64,000 nucleotides of DNA from Octopus sinensis (GCF_006345805.1 NC_042997.1:52142001-52206000); one strand, 5' to 3'; positions 1 through 12,851 are shown, counted from the stretch's first letter. Notes: generated by a model not told the origin, from the sequence alone. Numbers and translations are program-made.

Positions 1-475
1 GTCTTGGTATAAAAGATGAGCTACAGCAAAAATTCTGCTCAATACCACAGATTTGCTTGTCAGTTGTTTGACCGTAACTAGTTGAGTATGTCCTTTGGTG
101 GCTGACGATATGCACATCTCTGATCACGAGCGGAAGCCGTTGGGGAGCACCGTAGCCATGTGTTGAGAAGAATTCTTTGGGGTTTGAATAATTCTCCTCA
201 GGAAACATAGGTGTTTCGTTCAACGTTCTGAAACAAACCTTATTGAGGACCTTTTGAGCAGGATAGGCTACTCGATATGAAGAAAATTTTAACTGGGCCC
301 CACCTGCAAAGTCATGTGTTGTTTATCTTATATGAGATCACAATATCGCGCGCATATGGTTGAGATGCATTTCCTGCGTACCTTTATCAGACGGGTAGTC
401 ATGATGAGTATACCGGGCCTCGTATATTTGTACCTCAGTGTCACTTTGATGGCATGCACTCTTCTCTCACTCGAT
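1..475 (-). repeat. ~480-bp interspersed repeat, unclassified (family F)
   Basis: Reverse complement of 10198-10690; a further partial copy lies at ~57140-57300. Confidence 0.8.
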
Positions 476-1866
476 AATAATAACAATCTTTTCTACTATA
501 GGCACAAGGCCTGAAATTTTTAGGGGAGGGGTTAGTCGATTACATTGACCCTAGTGCCCAGAAGAATGAAAGTCAAAGTTGATCTTGGCGAAATTTGAAC
601 ACTTTCCAACGTTCTTCCAATTCACTCTACCCTCTCACAATAGCTAACCACAGCAACCCAAACTAATCACTTCATATACTAAATTTAATAACAATACTAT
701 TCCATAATTCCTTGTGATTCAAAAGAAGTCATAGACTTCATGTTGATGCCAACACAAGGAAATTCCGTCTGCACAGATAATGCCATCACATCTGTGTTCT
801 TGTTCTCGTGCTTCTACCAATATGAAAAGGAACGTATCATCTTTTAATCCATGCATGTTCCTTCTATCAAAGTAATCTTCCTTCTCTCACCTATGTAATA
901 TATCTAGCCATTTATCTTCCTCTGTGTCGATTCATTCTTCTGTCACCTCAGTAATCATCTAACCATCTGTCTATCTTCCTTATGTTAACTTAGTCACCTT
1001 TCTAATCATTTATCTTCCTTCTTTCCCCGAAGTCATCTATAGTCATCTATCTTCCGTAACTTAAAACGTAAATGGGTCCTCCGCTCGTTTCGACGATGAG
1101 TTTTTCAATTGTTTGATCAATTGGGCTACCTACTTATTGAACAATAGAGCAAACGGTTTGGTATGCAACATATACTATAACCCTTAATGTAATTCTGAAG
1201 TAGATTTCATATGACACAGTGTATGACAAAGCTGAACCTTTACACTGCCGATACAATCCACCCAACACTTGTCCTTGTTTCTGTTAGCCCAGTTTTACTC
1301 ACAAGGCTTGGGTCAACCCAAAATCCACAGAGAGATCAACTCGGTAATGGCTATCTCTTTGTTCAAACATCTCCTTTCTGTCACGTAAATCATCTGTCTG
1401 ACTTCCTTCTACCAGCGGTTTTTTGCTGCAACTGTAAAGCTTGCAATCATGCAAGCCAAAGTTAAAGAGTGTTCTTTTTAGGACTGAAACTTCTTCCATG
1501 TAGAGATAGACGATGAAGCTGTGAGGATAATGCAAAAAGGCAATGACCGATAAATGTCGGCAATAACGTTGCTAACAAGGATGATAATATCAATGATGAT
1601 GATTAAAACAGAATACAATAAAATTCCTGTTCTGAAAATAGCCTCCTCTGCTCTCAACGTTACTAAGATATCGAATTTTCAGTCGAATTAAGAAATTTTC
1701 TTTATGTTGTTCAAAATATGTGCAGATTCTAGTACCATTTGTCTAGCAGCAGCATCGACCCTAATCTAATCCGTTTTACAATCTTTAAAAAAGCTGTCTC
1801 GTCCACCTGATAAATATATCATCGAGTGAACACTTTCTTAAAGATCACATTTCATATTTTAACCAG

Positions 1867-1979
1867 GTCCCGGTATGGCATTTATTGCTTACCCTCAAGC
1901 CGTAGCAACCATGCCAGGAGCTCCGTTTTGGTCCATCCTCTTTTTCCTCATGTTGATTTTACTCGGAATGGACAGTCAG
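1867..1979 (+). CDS. SLC6 transporter, first coding exon visible in window (earlier exons lie upstream of the window)
   Basis: ccag|...cag|gtaaaa; 113 nt; (G)[37 protein letters not shown] matches the SLC6 EL4-TM8 pattern GPGLAFIAYP...LGLDSQ. Confidence 0.96.
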
Positions 1980-3129
1980 GTAAAATTTTATCTTCTTTTA
2001 ACTAAAGTACAATCCACAATTTGCTAAAATGTTTTCTGGTACAAAAGTGTAATTTATTTCTTTTTGATGTCTATCTTATATAATGTATTTTGGTAATAAC
2101 GAGTCAATCACTTGTTCAAAGCATTTTCAACGGTGAACGTGACAAGGGCACAAGACACCTTTAAACCTCTTCAGTCTAACTAGTAGAAATTTAGACACAA
2201 ATTAAATGATCACAAGTAAACTAATGGCATTCAATTACAAGATGATATTTGTTGTTGATAATGTCCATTTAATCGCTAAGATTCATGTTGGCAACGTTCT
2301 GTACATAACGCAAATTAGTTCAGCCGTGTAAAGTTGGTATGTTTGCTTTGATGTGTATTTCTAAATGTGCATGTGAGAAAGAGAAAGACAGTGAGAGAGA
2401 AGGGGATGAGAAAAGTGTGATTATATATGCACACATACACAAGCCTGCGCGTGTACTTATCAGCATTTTACAGCTGGTACTTTTGCTTTTTGTTGCGTGG
2501 GTCCAGATCAGCTGTCATCTAGTAGATCTACGCCGCGCAAGTAATCGGCCGAACAATTAGGCGGGACTTAATAAATTTATACTATGTATCCTATTTATGA
2601 GAGCCATAATGCACACTCCGCTACGAAGTGCTTTATCGAATGAGACACAATTCTTCGTGCTAGACATGTGCTCTTCTAACTATCAAGTTTATATCTGTAT
2701 GCCTGCAAATTCTGGTGGCGGGTACAAGGGAGGTGGTTAATATGGACTCGTTTCAAATGCGACGGTTGCTCTAAATGTGTTTGTTAATAGTTCAACACGG
2801 TGGCATAGCATGAGGTGTGTTGTGTGTGCAGATCACGAAGAATGTTCACTTTATATACCTGTATTTGCTGTAGTCGAAGCACAATGCGTTTAAGGAAAGG
2901 AGCATTCAATTTGGCTACATAGGGTGGCCAAATCCCACGCTACGCTACTGATTCTCTGCATCCCGGTACAGAGCTTGTAGCTAATGAGACGATGGTGCTG
3001 TAATTTTTGTTTGTATTTCTTATGTATTTGTCTGAATGAGAGATGACCAAATGTATTCCAGCCATGACCATACCGTCTTTATTCTTTACGTATAGAACCT
3101 AGAGTCACTTAATCAAACATGTTCTTTTC

Positions 3130-3960
3130 TAAGATGGGAGGGTGTGGATTTTCTAAGATGGAAGGCAGATTTTACCGCTATTTCTAATAAACATCACGTT
3201 TATATACATCACGTACAGAATCTCTCGTTAGGAGGGTATATTAATATTCTGGTATTTTGTAGATTTTGGGGATGTTTATAGATAATTTCATGTTATGAAC
3301 AGAGATTGTGAGGTTTGAGAATGTTTGCTACAGTTAACTGTGCCTCTCGAATATTTAGATGTCTTTTTTGTAGAGGGGGATTCATTTTAGTGTTTTTATT
3401 TTGTTGAGAAAATAGATTTTCTATGTATGTGATCTGCGTGTCTTCAGGAGTATGTTATTTGTAGTATATTGTAGACATAAAGTTGAGATAGATCTAACAC
3501 AATCTATGATGGATCTAGATGGTCTGTTATTGTTTTGTTTTTGTTTTTTAGCTAAATGTAGTACATGCGGTATTTTAATTTATATTTTGATATATTCCAT
3601 TTGTGCTATGAATGTTTTAGGTACCCCCCCCCCACTATTTTTGTCTTCTGTGTGAGGCATATTTTTTGGTTCTCTGGTACTACCGGAAAAAAGAAAGCTG
3701 GTGGGCTTGGCTGTTATTTTAAGTCTGTTGTTTTGAAACTAGGTTTCTAAGTGATTGGTGCTTCAATTAGTTGTGCAGCTGTATTTGTAGAATTGTGGGT
3801 AGATGTCAATGTGTGTCATCTGCGTATTAGATCGTGTGTATATTTTGAAGAAGTGTCAAGAGGTCATGTAGATACAGATTAAAAAGAGTCGAGCAGAAGG
3901 CGGATCCTTGGTGAACTCCATTTGGGAAATTTCAAATTCAGAATGTGTTGTTTTGGTTTT
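3130..3960 (-). mobile_element. Decayed non-LTR retrotransposon RT fragment
   Basis: Minus strand ~3815-3920 reads GVHQGSAFCSTLFNLYLHDL...*YADD (RT motifs) with stops. Confidence 0.75.
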
Positions 3961-5088
3961 ATGACTTGAGAGATAAGCAATTCAAAGGAAGAATAAATTA
4001 ATAGCAACAGAAGCAGTATGAATACTAGAAGATAATCTTTATCTCTAATTTAACGTGGAAGTTGAACACAGATTACTGCGTTATTTACCTTGAAAGGACC
4101 TCTAAATGAGGGGGCTTTTATGCACCATGAGTCAATATGAGAGGTCCTTTCAAGGTAAATAATACGTATTTTGTATTCTAACACAACTTTTATGTTAAGT
4201 TGAAAAATAGATTGTTTTGATGTAAGGACGGTGAAAAGTGTAACGTTTCAAGCAGAATCCTTTGTCCAAGAAAAGTGTTTTCTTACGGGAGATTGTTCCT
4301 CGCTTGCATTTCGTGTTGTTTCTTGAAATGTTCAATATTTTGTGTATAAAAGGCGAATAGAGACAAACGTTTTATGGATTATAGTGGTAGTTAGAAAGAT
4401 GCGTATGAGGATGAAATCGTCACGTATCTCCTTTGTAAAGTTTCTGAGTGGTGTGTTGGTTGACTGTAGGGTTCTGAACGATGTTGCGATTTATAGGGAA
4501 GAGTATGTCGATTATTAATGTCTCTAGAATGATAGGTTTATGTGGTACGACCCACCTTGGATGTTTGTTGGGATTTAGAATTTTAACCAACTTCTATATC
4601 CTAGGGATTTTATAGCGATGATACAAGTAGTTGTCTGCGTCTATTCTTCCAAACATTTGTTGAGCGACTGCATTGAGACTTGTACAGCAAGCATTTGTAT
4701 ACATGAGTGTGTTTGCTTCTAAATTTAAGTTGTTTATAGTTGCAAAATAGTTTATCAAAAGAATTTCATTACTAAGTGTAATAAAACTCAATACTGTTTA
4801 TTTCAAAATATGAAAAGCGGACGATGATGGACAGTGTGATAATCCGGTATAGTTTCCAACAAATATTCTTTTTTGAAAATAGTAAATAAATTTCGTAGCA
4901 GTATAAAAAGTTTTATTTTTGTCGAAGCAGAACACCACTAGTTTCCTTTGATTCTGTTTTTATTTACTGAAAATAGGTCAACATGGAAAGTACATTTCTT
5001 TAAAGACGAGACACTTTTTCATGTTTTAAAACAAAACACTAAAATATTGGTTTATATGTGTTACATAGTTTTTGCTTTTTATTTTTAG

Positions 5089-5226
5089 TTCGTTGGAGTT
5101 GAAGCTGTGGTAACTCTTATTGTGGATCAGTTTCCCAAACAACTACGTCGAGGCTATCGCAAAGAAATATTCACTGGTTGTGTGTGCATAGCGTCCTTCT
5201 TTTTTGGATTGCCGATGTGTATGAAT
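5089..5226 (+). CDS. SLC6 transporter exon (end of TM8, TM9)
   Basis: tttttag|...aat|gtaagt; 138 nt, phase 0-0; FVGVEAVVTLIVDQFPKQLRRGYRKEIFTGCVCIASFFFGLPMCMN, resembling the GAT/TauT RRGYRRE loop. Confidence 0.96.
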
Positions 5227-6059
5227 GTAAGTATATTATCAGAAAAAAGATCTTTTGACATTTTTATATCAACTTTATTTATTTATCTATTTTTAAAGGA
5301 TAAACAAAAAATTCTGGTATTCATTGTTCTGGAATGAACTATTTCAAAATTCGGAAGAGAAAGAACTACAAACTGGTAATGAAAACTAGATAGTCAACTT
5401 AAATCGCCTGGAGCTTAGCTCAGTTCGACTAAGAAAAGAGTATACCTAAAAATAACTAGAAATTTGTTGAGACTGCTTCAGAGATGTTATCAGTTATTTA
5501 TATACTGTTTCGTTTCTTTAATTAATGTAACAAATACAATGATCTGCTTGATTAAGCTTTCCTATCTGTATACAATATTATATTTAATATTTGCATTCTT
5601 GTCTGTACAAAACAATATATACATAGTTTGTTTTGGGAAGATATACTCATTAGCTTGGGAAGTGATATGCAACATGGATGACCTCTGTAGCTATCTCCGG
5701 GCGTACCCTATTAATGAAAAGAAAATCACTATATTGATATATAATAATGTGCGCAAATAGGTGTCAACAATTATAATAACTGATGGAAATTACCAAGAGA
5801 AGCTAAATACATAAAAGCTAACAGTCAAATTAGTGCTATACTTAATGTAGCGAGGAAAAAATCTAATTCATAATACTTATGCGATGAGGAGAAAACATTA
5901 GCTCAATAATTAATATTATTCACTTCACTCAATCCTTCCTTCCCAGAAGTCTAATTGTCTAGGCTTTTGAAAAAGGATTGAGGGGAGTCCACACCTTCTC
6001 AGCAGGTATCAACGTGTATGAGGGTCTACGAAGACTATATATTTTTTTTAATATCCAAA

Positions 6060-6960
6060 CATTTTCTTAAATCTCTTTATATAGATTGTGAAATTATTTT
6101 ACTTGTTGAGTCTGGGGAAGAGGCATAATCTTTGGAGGCTCTCCGAAGCCGGTGATCTCGATGCCATCAATGTTCTCTTTAAACTGTTACAGGTCAATAC
6201 CTGAAGGGAGAATATCCCACAGAACAAAAGTTCTGGAGAGAAAGGACTGGAAATAATTATTTGTGCTAGATCGAGGGTTTGGGTGCACCAAGAGTGACGA
6301 ACGATGAGAAGCTGAATAGGTTAGGGGGTGTCTGAGTGAAGGAGGTACGATATCAGCTAGCTCGGAGGAACACAAGCCATTATAGTAACGAGAAAACGGA
6401 TAGAGAAGAAACAGCACGCTTGTAAGCCAGTGGCTGGATTATGTCTGCAAGTGGTTGAAAACAAACTAAAAAAAGGGCTTTCTTTGGATGCCATCCAAGA
6501 TGTTTGAGTGCCGAGTAGTAGCAACACTGTTCTAGATGTAAGAGCAATATTCCACTGTGGGTTTCACTCAAGCCTGGTAGAATGTCAGCAGCTTTTGGAG
6601 CCTGAAATACTTTCGGGTCATGAAGTGAACAGCCAGCCATAGAAATGTCGTCCTCGTTATGCTAAGATTATGCTTTCACTGGGAGAGAACCTAGGTGACA
6701 GTAGGACCGAGCTTTTGAAGCGACTGTGAAGGTCTTAGCTGAGTGACGTTCATGTTTAGTGGGGCTGAGTGACGTTCAGTTTTCTTGATATGAATAGTGC
6801 TTGAGGGTTTGTATTTTTCTGTTCAAAGAAACCCACTGAAGGATTCTCTCACGATCTTTGAGTATGGAATTAATACCGAATTGGCGTGTAGTGTCTAGGC
6901 TGTGTGGATGATGCATGGTTGGGAAAAGTTAGGAAATTGCTAAGAATCACATTAATGCAA
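6060..6960 (-). mobile_element. CR1/L2-group LINE 3' fragment
   Basis: RYYNGLCSSELADIVPP...YFQSFLSRTFVLWDILP is a typical C-terminus of CR1/Crack-like ORF2. Confidence 0.7.
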
Positions 6961-7107
6961 GGTTTTACTTTAATTCTATGAAATGCATTTCATTGCTCCC
7001 TGGATTATATGCAGAATATACATACACATGCTGAGCATACACAGATGCACACATATAATGATATGTTCTCTTAAATAAACCTGTTATCCTGCGCCTATAT
7101 ATATATA

Positions 7108-7191
<84 letters not shown>

Positions 7192-7194
7192 CAT

Positions 7195-7583
7195 AGGCGC
7201 AGGAGTGGCTGTGTGGTAAGTAGCTTACTAACCAACCACATGGTTCCGGGTTCAGTCCCACTGCTTGGCATCTTGGGCAAGTGTCTTCTGCTATAGCCCC
7301 AGGCCGACCAATGCCTTGTGAGTGGATTTGGTAGACGGAAACTGAAAGAAGCCTGTCGTATATATATATATATATGTGTGTGTGTGTGGTGTGTGTGTGA
7401 GTCTGTGTTTGTCCCCCTAGCATTGCTTGATAACCGATGCTGGTGTGTTTACGTCCCCGTCACTTAGCGGTTCGGCAAAAGAGGTACTGGGCTTACAAAG
7501 AATAAGTCCCGGGGTCGATTTGCTCGACTAAAGGCGGTGCTCCAGCATGGCCGCAGTCAAATGACTGAAACAAGTAAAAGAGT
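7195..7583 (+). mobile_element. tRNA-derived SINE, family B
   Basis: A/B-box-like head (gtggctgtgtggt / ggttcagtccc), internal (AT)/(GT) microsatellite, gtaaaaga tail. Other copies: 11656-12069 (+), 16462-16620 (partial), 47715-48112 (-), 55925-56105 (-), 59662-59830 (+). Confidence 0.88.
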
Positions 7584-7748
7584 ATATATTATATTATATT
7601 ATATTATGTAATATTATATTATATATCAGGTATTCAACTATATTGCATTGTGATTGTCTTGATAATTATTTAAAATACATATATTCGCATTTTTGTTGGG
7701 TTTTCCCTCCTTTATTAAGTGTTTTTCGTCAGTATCACTAAGTGTGTG

Positions 7749-7900
7749 GTGAAAGGCTTTGCCATAATAGTATCTAATACTATTACAAAATATTTCAAGC
7801 GTGAATGTGGCAATATGAGTACAGGTGAAAGGCTTTGCCATAATAGTATCTAATACTATTACAAAATATTTCAAGCGTGAATGTGGCAATATGAGTACAG
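7749..7900. repeat. Perfect 76-bp tandem duplication
   Basis: 7749-7824 equals 7825-7900. Confidence 0.92.
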
Positions 7901-8062
7901 TTGAAATAGAGATCTTGATTCTACCATAACAGAACTGCTTCAGATAAACTTGAACATTTCGAAAATCATTATTGTTTTACTTGATATTTGTATATATTAT
8001 GTTATATCTAATACACGTACAAATTATTAAAAAAAATTTTTCTTTAATATTTTCGCCTTCAG

Positions 8063-8162
8063 GGAGGGATGTATGTGTTCCAGATATTTGACTTTTATGC
8101 TGCGAGTCGTATAATCCTTCTTGTTGGGGGACTGGAATGTATAGCAATAGCTTGGATTTATG
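8063..8162 (+). CDS. SLC6 transporter exon (TM10)
   Basis: ccttcag|...tatg|gtaagt; 100 nt; [33 protein letters not shown](G). Confidence 0.96.
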
Positions 8163-8902
8163 GTAAGTAGTGTCAAAGCTAAATTCTCTTGTGATGCTCA
8201 GTTCCTATTCTGGGAGATAAAAAAACTACCAAATTCCACTCTTAAAATATTAGTCAATTCAAAGCTTATGATTGAACACACTTGCCGAAGGTGTCGTTCA
8301 TTGAGAAACAAATTTCTTTCATAACACCATTATAATTGCATCTATTTATGCAACATTTTCACAAAATAGAGTAGCCTGCTTCAAAATATTTTATATTTTC
8401 CTCTGAATTTACAATTTCAAAAAAATGTGTACGTCACCGTTCCAAAAACGAATTGAGCTTTTTTGTGTATTTTATTCAATGTAATTCTTGTTCAATATTT
8501 AGTTCACTCCTCCAATCTTTCACAGATGTAAGATTCTATGGAAATAGAAAGAATAGTTATACTGTCGTCATAGAAGAATATTTAGCGTAACGTGGCTCTG
8601 AATCACGTCTACCATCTATATTATTACGTTCACTCCTCTTTGCGTAATTCTTTGTTTTGTTCTTATAAATTGAAAGCCATACTCAACGACGCGACGACAT
8701 ACTGTAGAAATGAACCACAGTAATCACTCGACTATCGCGGGTGTTACAAACCCCCCGCGATATGGGAAAATCCGCGAAGCAGAAACAGTTTTGTACTGCA
8801 TATTTGCTTTTATTATTTTTATAATTTGTATATATTTTATTATAAATGAAAAACAACACCACAGAGGAATCGACGTAAGCTTAAATAATAAACCGTGATA
8901 GG

Positions 8903-9093
8903 AAGGCAGCGAGCTGGCACGCCGGGCGTAATGCTTAGCAGTGTTTCGTCTGTCTTTACGTTCTGAGTTCAAATTCCACTGAGGTTGACTTTACCTTTCA
9001 CCCTTTCAGGGTCGATAAATTAAGTAGCAGTTGCGTACTGGGGCCGATCTTATTGACTGCCCACCTCCCCCAGAATTTCGGGCATTGTGCCTA
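8903..9093 (+). mobile_element. tRNA-derived SINE, family A
   Basis: ggcagcgagctggca head, B-box gagttcaaattcc, core cctttcatcct...gtcgataaattaagta. Other copies: 498-601 (-), 10764-11580 (4 in tandem, +), 13530-13762 (-), 13900-14075 (-), 18614-18815 (+), 19328-19527 (+), 20945-21135 (-), 21836-22030 (+). Confidence 0.88.
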
Positions 9094-9722
9094 AACTGCG
9101 ATATGGCGAGTGATTACTATATTGACAAACTAAACTACTGGCCCAGTTTTCATTGGATGAGAGTGTTATCCAATATTTAAAAAAAACAAAACTATTAACT
9201 GAGTTCAAAGCTTGCCGGGCCAATTTAGCCTTTCATCTTTCCGAGATCATAAATAAAGCACTAGTCAATTTAGTTGGCTCTATTCATCTTAGCTGATTAG
9301 AGGTATTGTACTTGTTAAAATTCAATACCTTACAAAATGCTGTAAAAATTTTAATGTTAATCGTTCATGACAGAAAAAGATTAGTGAATGTTCAAGATGA
9401 GACTTACTAGATCTATTTCTTTAGAGATAGACTAAAATTTTTATGCAGGATTATATAATCCAATGAGTGCCTTCTTATTTAAGATATTCGTATTATATGA
9501 CAGCAACTTGGTTGCTATTTCTAGCCTGTTGAGTGACTGCACTGAAGTTTTCTCGTTTGCTCCTGTGATAGAATGTAGTCAGCAGGAAATAATCAAGTTG
9601 ATATGAAACCTTACTAAGATTTTACCTTTAATACACTAAAAACTGAAAACCATTCTCTCGAGAATATATTCAATATACTCAGTTGTAAATAACTACTTAC
9701 CTAATTTTGATTAATTTTTCAG

Positions 9723-9823
9723 GTGTTAATCGATTTTATGACAATATTGAAATGATGGTAGGATACAAAATAGGACCATTCATGAAATTCAGTTGGTTGA
9801 TAACATCTCCAGTGTTTTGTTTA
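9723..9823 (+). CDS. SLC6 transporter exon (TM11)
   Basis: tttttcag|...tta|gtaagt; 101 nt, restores phase 0; (G)VNRFYDNIEMMVGYKIGPFMKFSWLITSPVFCL. Confidence 0.96.
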
Positions 9824-9901
9824 GTAAGTTCATTTTGTTTTCGAAAGTTGTTGCCAAAGAATGTAAAATTTCTGGAAATGTACGTTGAACTATTATTATT
9901 A

Positions 9902-9942
<41 letters not shown>

Positions 9943-9958
9943 TATTATTATTATTATT

Positions 9959-10164
9959 CAGTAGTTTTATTTTTATAGCGTGCTTTCACTTCAATACCGA
10001 GCGCAGTTCTGTGTGCCTTGGGTATGTGCGGTGATTTGTTGTGATGCTCTGATGGTTACTGTATTGAAAGTGTTTTGCGTAGGATGTGTGCAGTGCCCAG
10101 AAGTGCAATTTTCTCTATGTTATATGTGTTTGTAAGTCCTGGTTATATGTGTTTGTAAGTCCTG
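9959..10164 (-). mobile_element. 5'-truncated RLE-type (R4/Dong-like) non-LTR retrotransposon 3' end inside a (TAA)n tract
   Basis: Minus strand PGLTNTYNIEKIALLGTAHILRKTLSIQ*, short 3' UTR, (TAA)n on both sides. Confidence 0.7.
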
Positions 10165-10197
<33 letters not shown>

Positions 10198-10690
10198 GAG
10201 TGAGTGAGAGAGCAGTGTACGTGATCAAAGTGACACTGGGGTAAAATATACGAAGCCCAGTATACCCATCATGACTACCCGTCTGATAAGGGTACACCAG
10301 ACACATGCATCACAACCATAAGTGCACGACATGGTGATCTCATATCAAGATAAACAGCACATGACCTTGCAGGTGGGGCCTAGTTAGAATTTTCTTCTGG
10401 TCGAGTAGCCCATCCCACTCAAAAGGTCCCTGAATAAGGATTGTTTCAGAATGTTGAACGAAACACCCATGTTTCCAAAGGTGAATTATCCAAACCTCCA
10501 CGAATTCCTTTCAACACATGGCTATGATACTCCCCCACTACTTCTACTCGTGATCAGAGATGCACATATCGTCAACCACTAAGGGACATGCTCAACCGGT
10601 TAAGATCAAACAACTGACAAGCAAATCTGTGGTACTGAGCAGAATATTTGCTGTAGCCCATCTTTTATACCAAGACAAAACAATGTACAT
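10198..10690 (+). repeat. ~480-bp interspersed repeat (family F), opposite orientation to 1-475
   Basis: Extended similarity to the reverse complement of 1-475; strand label is arbitrary. Confidence 0.8.
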
Positions 10691-10763
10691 GATAACACTT
10701 CCAATCATTTATGATCAGAAGCCGTGTATAATTATGTTTATTATTATTCAAACAAAATGTTTA

Positions 10764-10931
10764 ACCGAGGTAGACTTTGCCTTTCATCCTTTTTGAGGAA
10801 CGATAAAATAAGTACCAATTGAACACTGAAATCGATATAATCGACTTACCTCTTCCCCCAAAATTGCTGGCCTTGTGCCAAAATTTGAAAACATTATTAT
10901 TATTATTATCATTATTATTATTATTATTATT

Positions 10932-10978
<47 letters not shown>

Positions 10979-11580
10979 TATTATTATTATTATTATTATA
11001 ATTATTATTATTAAGGCAGTGAGTGGCAGAATCGTTAGTACAACGGACGAAATACTTAGTGGTATTTCGCCCGTTACTACGTTCTGAGTTCAAATTCTGT
11101 CAAGGTTGACTTTACCTTTCATCCTTTTGGGGTCGATAAAATAAGTACCAGTTGAACACTGGGGTTGATGTAATCGACTCATCCCCTCCCCCAAAATTGT
11201 TGCCCTTGTGGCAAAATTTGAAACCATTATTATTACTATTATCATCATTACTATTATTAAGACAGTGAGCTGGCAGAATCATTAGCACGCCAAACAAAAT
11301 TATTAGCAGCATTTCATCTGCCTTTATGGTCTGAGTTCAAATTCTGCAGAGGTTGACTTTGCCTTTCATCTTGTCTGGATTAATAAAATAAGTACCAATT
11401 GAGCAGTGAGTCCATATAATCGACTTATCTCTTCTGAAATTGCTAGCCTTGTGCCAAAATCTAAAGCCATTATTATTATTATTATTATTACTAGTTAAGA
11501 TGGCGAGATAGCAAAGTCGTTAGAGCATTGAACAAAATGCTTAGTGGCACCTATTTTGGTTCTTTACATTCTGAGTTTTT
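10764..11580 (+). mobile_element. Head-to-tail cluster of four family A SINEs separated by (ATT)/(ATC) repeats
   Basis: Copies at ~10764-10892 (3' half), 11013-11226, 11258-11468 and 11496-11580 (5' part). Confidence 0.85.
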
Positions 11581-11655
11581 GGCAATTGACCTCTGTTTAT
11601 TTGCTCTCTTTTCTAAACCTTTTCTTTCTATGCATTTTTAAAAGTTTGTTTTTAT

Positions 11656-12069
11656 AGGCGCAGGAGTGGCTGTGTGGTAAGTAGCTTGCTTACCAACCAC
11701 ATGGTCCCGGGTTCAGTCCCACTGCGTGGCACCTTGGGCAAGTGTCTTCTACTATAGCCTCGGGCCGACCAAAGCCTTGTGAGTGGATCTGGTAGACAGA
11801 AACTGAAAGAAGCCCGTTGTATATATGTATATATATATATGTGTGTGTGTGTGTTTGTGTGTCTGCGTTTGTCCTCCCAACATCGCTTGACAACCGATGC
11901 TGGTGTGTTTACGTCCCCATAGCTTAGCGGTTCGGCAAAAGACACCGATAGAATAAGTACTAGGCTTACAAAGAATAAGTCCTGGGGTCGATTTGCTTGA
12001 CTAAAAGGCGGTGCTCCAGCATGGCCACAGTCAAATGACTGAAACAAGTAAAAGAGTAAAAGAGTAAAA
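11656..12069 (+). mobile_element. SINE family B, full length
   Basis: Colinear with 7195-7583; (gtaaaaga)n tail. Confidence 0.88.
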
Positions 12070-12393
12070 TAGTATGCTTGTATCAATGTATATTTGAGAA
12101 TGATCATAGCTGTGGCTTTACAAGGTTAATTTTGTAACCATGTGGCTTTCAGTTCAATTCTACTGAGCTGTACATTAAACAAATGCCTTCATAGTATTTC
12201 ATCGGCCAAAACCTCACAAATATAAATTGATAGACAAAAACTAGAGATGGACCATCCCTGTCCTTGAGTGGTGAACTTAATCCAGTGCCAGTTTAATGCC
12301 ACCATTTGTTCCGCAGAGACATTTATCAAAATTTATTCCATAGTGTCAGGATAATTTCTTGCTTTACTCCAACCCATTCTTTCTCTAAGTCGT

Positions 12394-12441
<48 letters not shown>

Positions 12442-12515
12442 CATACATACATTCATACATACAAATATACATACATACATACATACATACATACATAAAT
12501 GTGTGTGTGTGTGTA

Positions 12516-12851
12516 TGAAGGCACATGACTCAGTGGTTAGAGCGTCGAGCTTACAATCGTGAGGTTGTGAGCTCGAATCCCAAACCGGGCAGCATGTTGT
12601 GTTCTTGAGCAAGACATTTTATTTCACGTTACTCCAGTTCACTCAGCTGTAGAAATGAGTTGTGACGTCACAGGTGCCAAGCTGTATCAGCCTTTGCCTT
12701 TCCCTTGGATAACACTGGTGGCGTAGAGAGGGGTGGCCGGTATGCATAGATGACTGCTGGTCTTCCATGAACAACCTTGCCTGGACTTATGCCTGGGAGG
12801 GTAACTTTCTAGGTGCAATACCATGTCTGTGTCATGACCGAAGGGGGTCTC
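12516..12851 (+). mobile_element. tRNA-derived SINE, family D
   Basis: A box tgactcagtggttagagc, B box gctcgaatccc, then non-tRNA body. Confidence 0.75.

Noticed and set aside
1211-1535. Opposing 78-84 aa ORFs in the SLC6 intron
   Set aside because: No recognisable motif or splice context
12516-12590. tRNA-like sequences (also at heads of SINE families A and B)
   Set aside because: Only A/B-box remnants fused to SINE bodies; no complete cloverleaf
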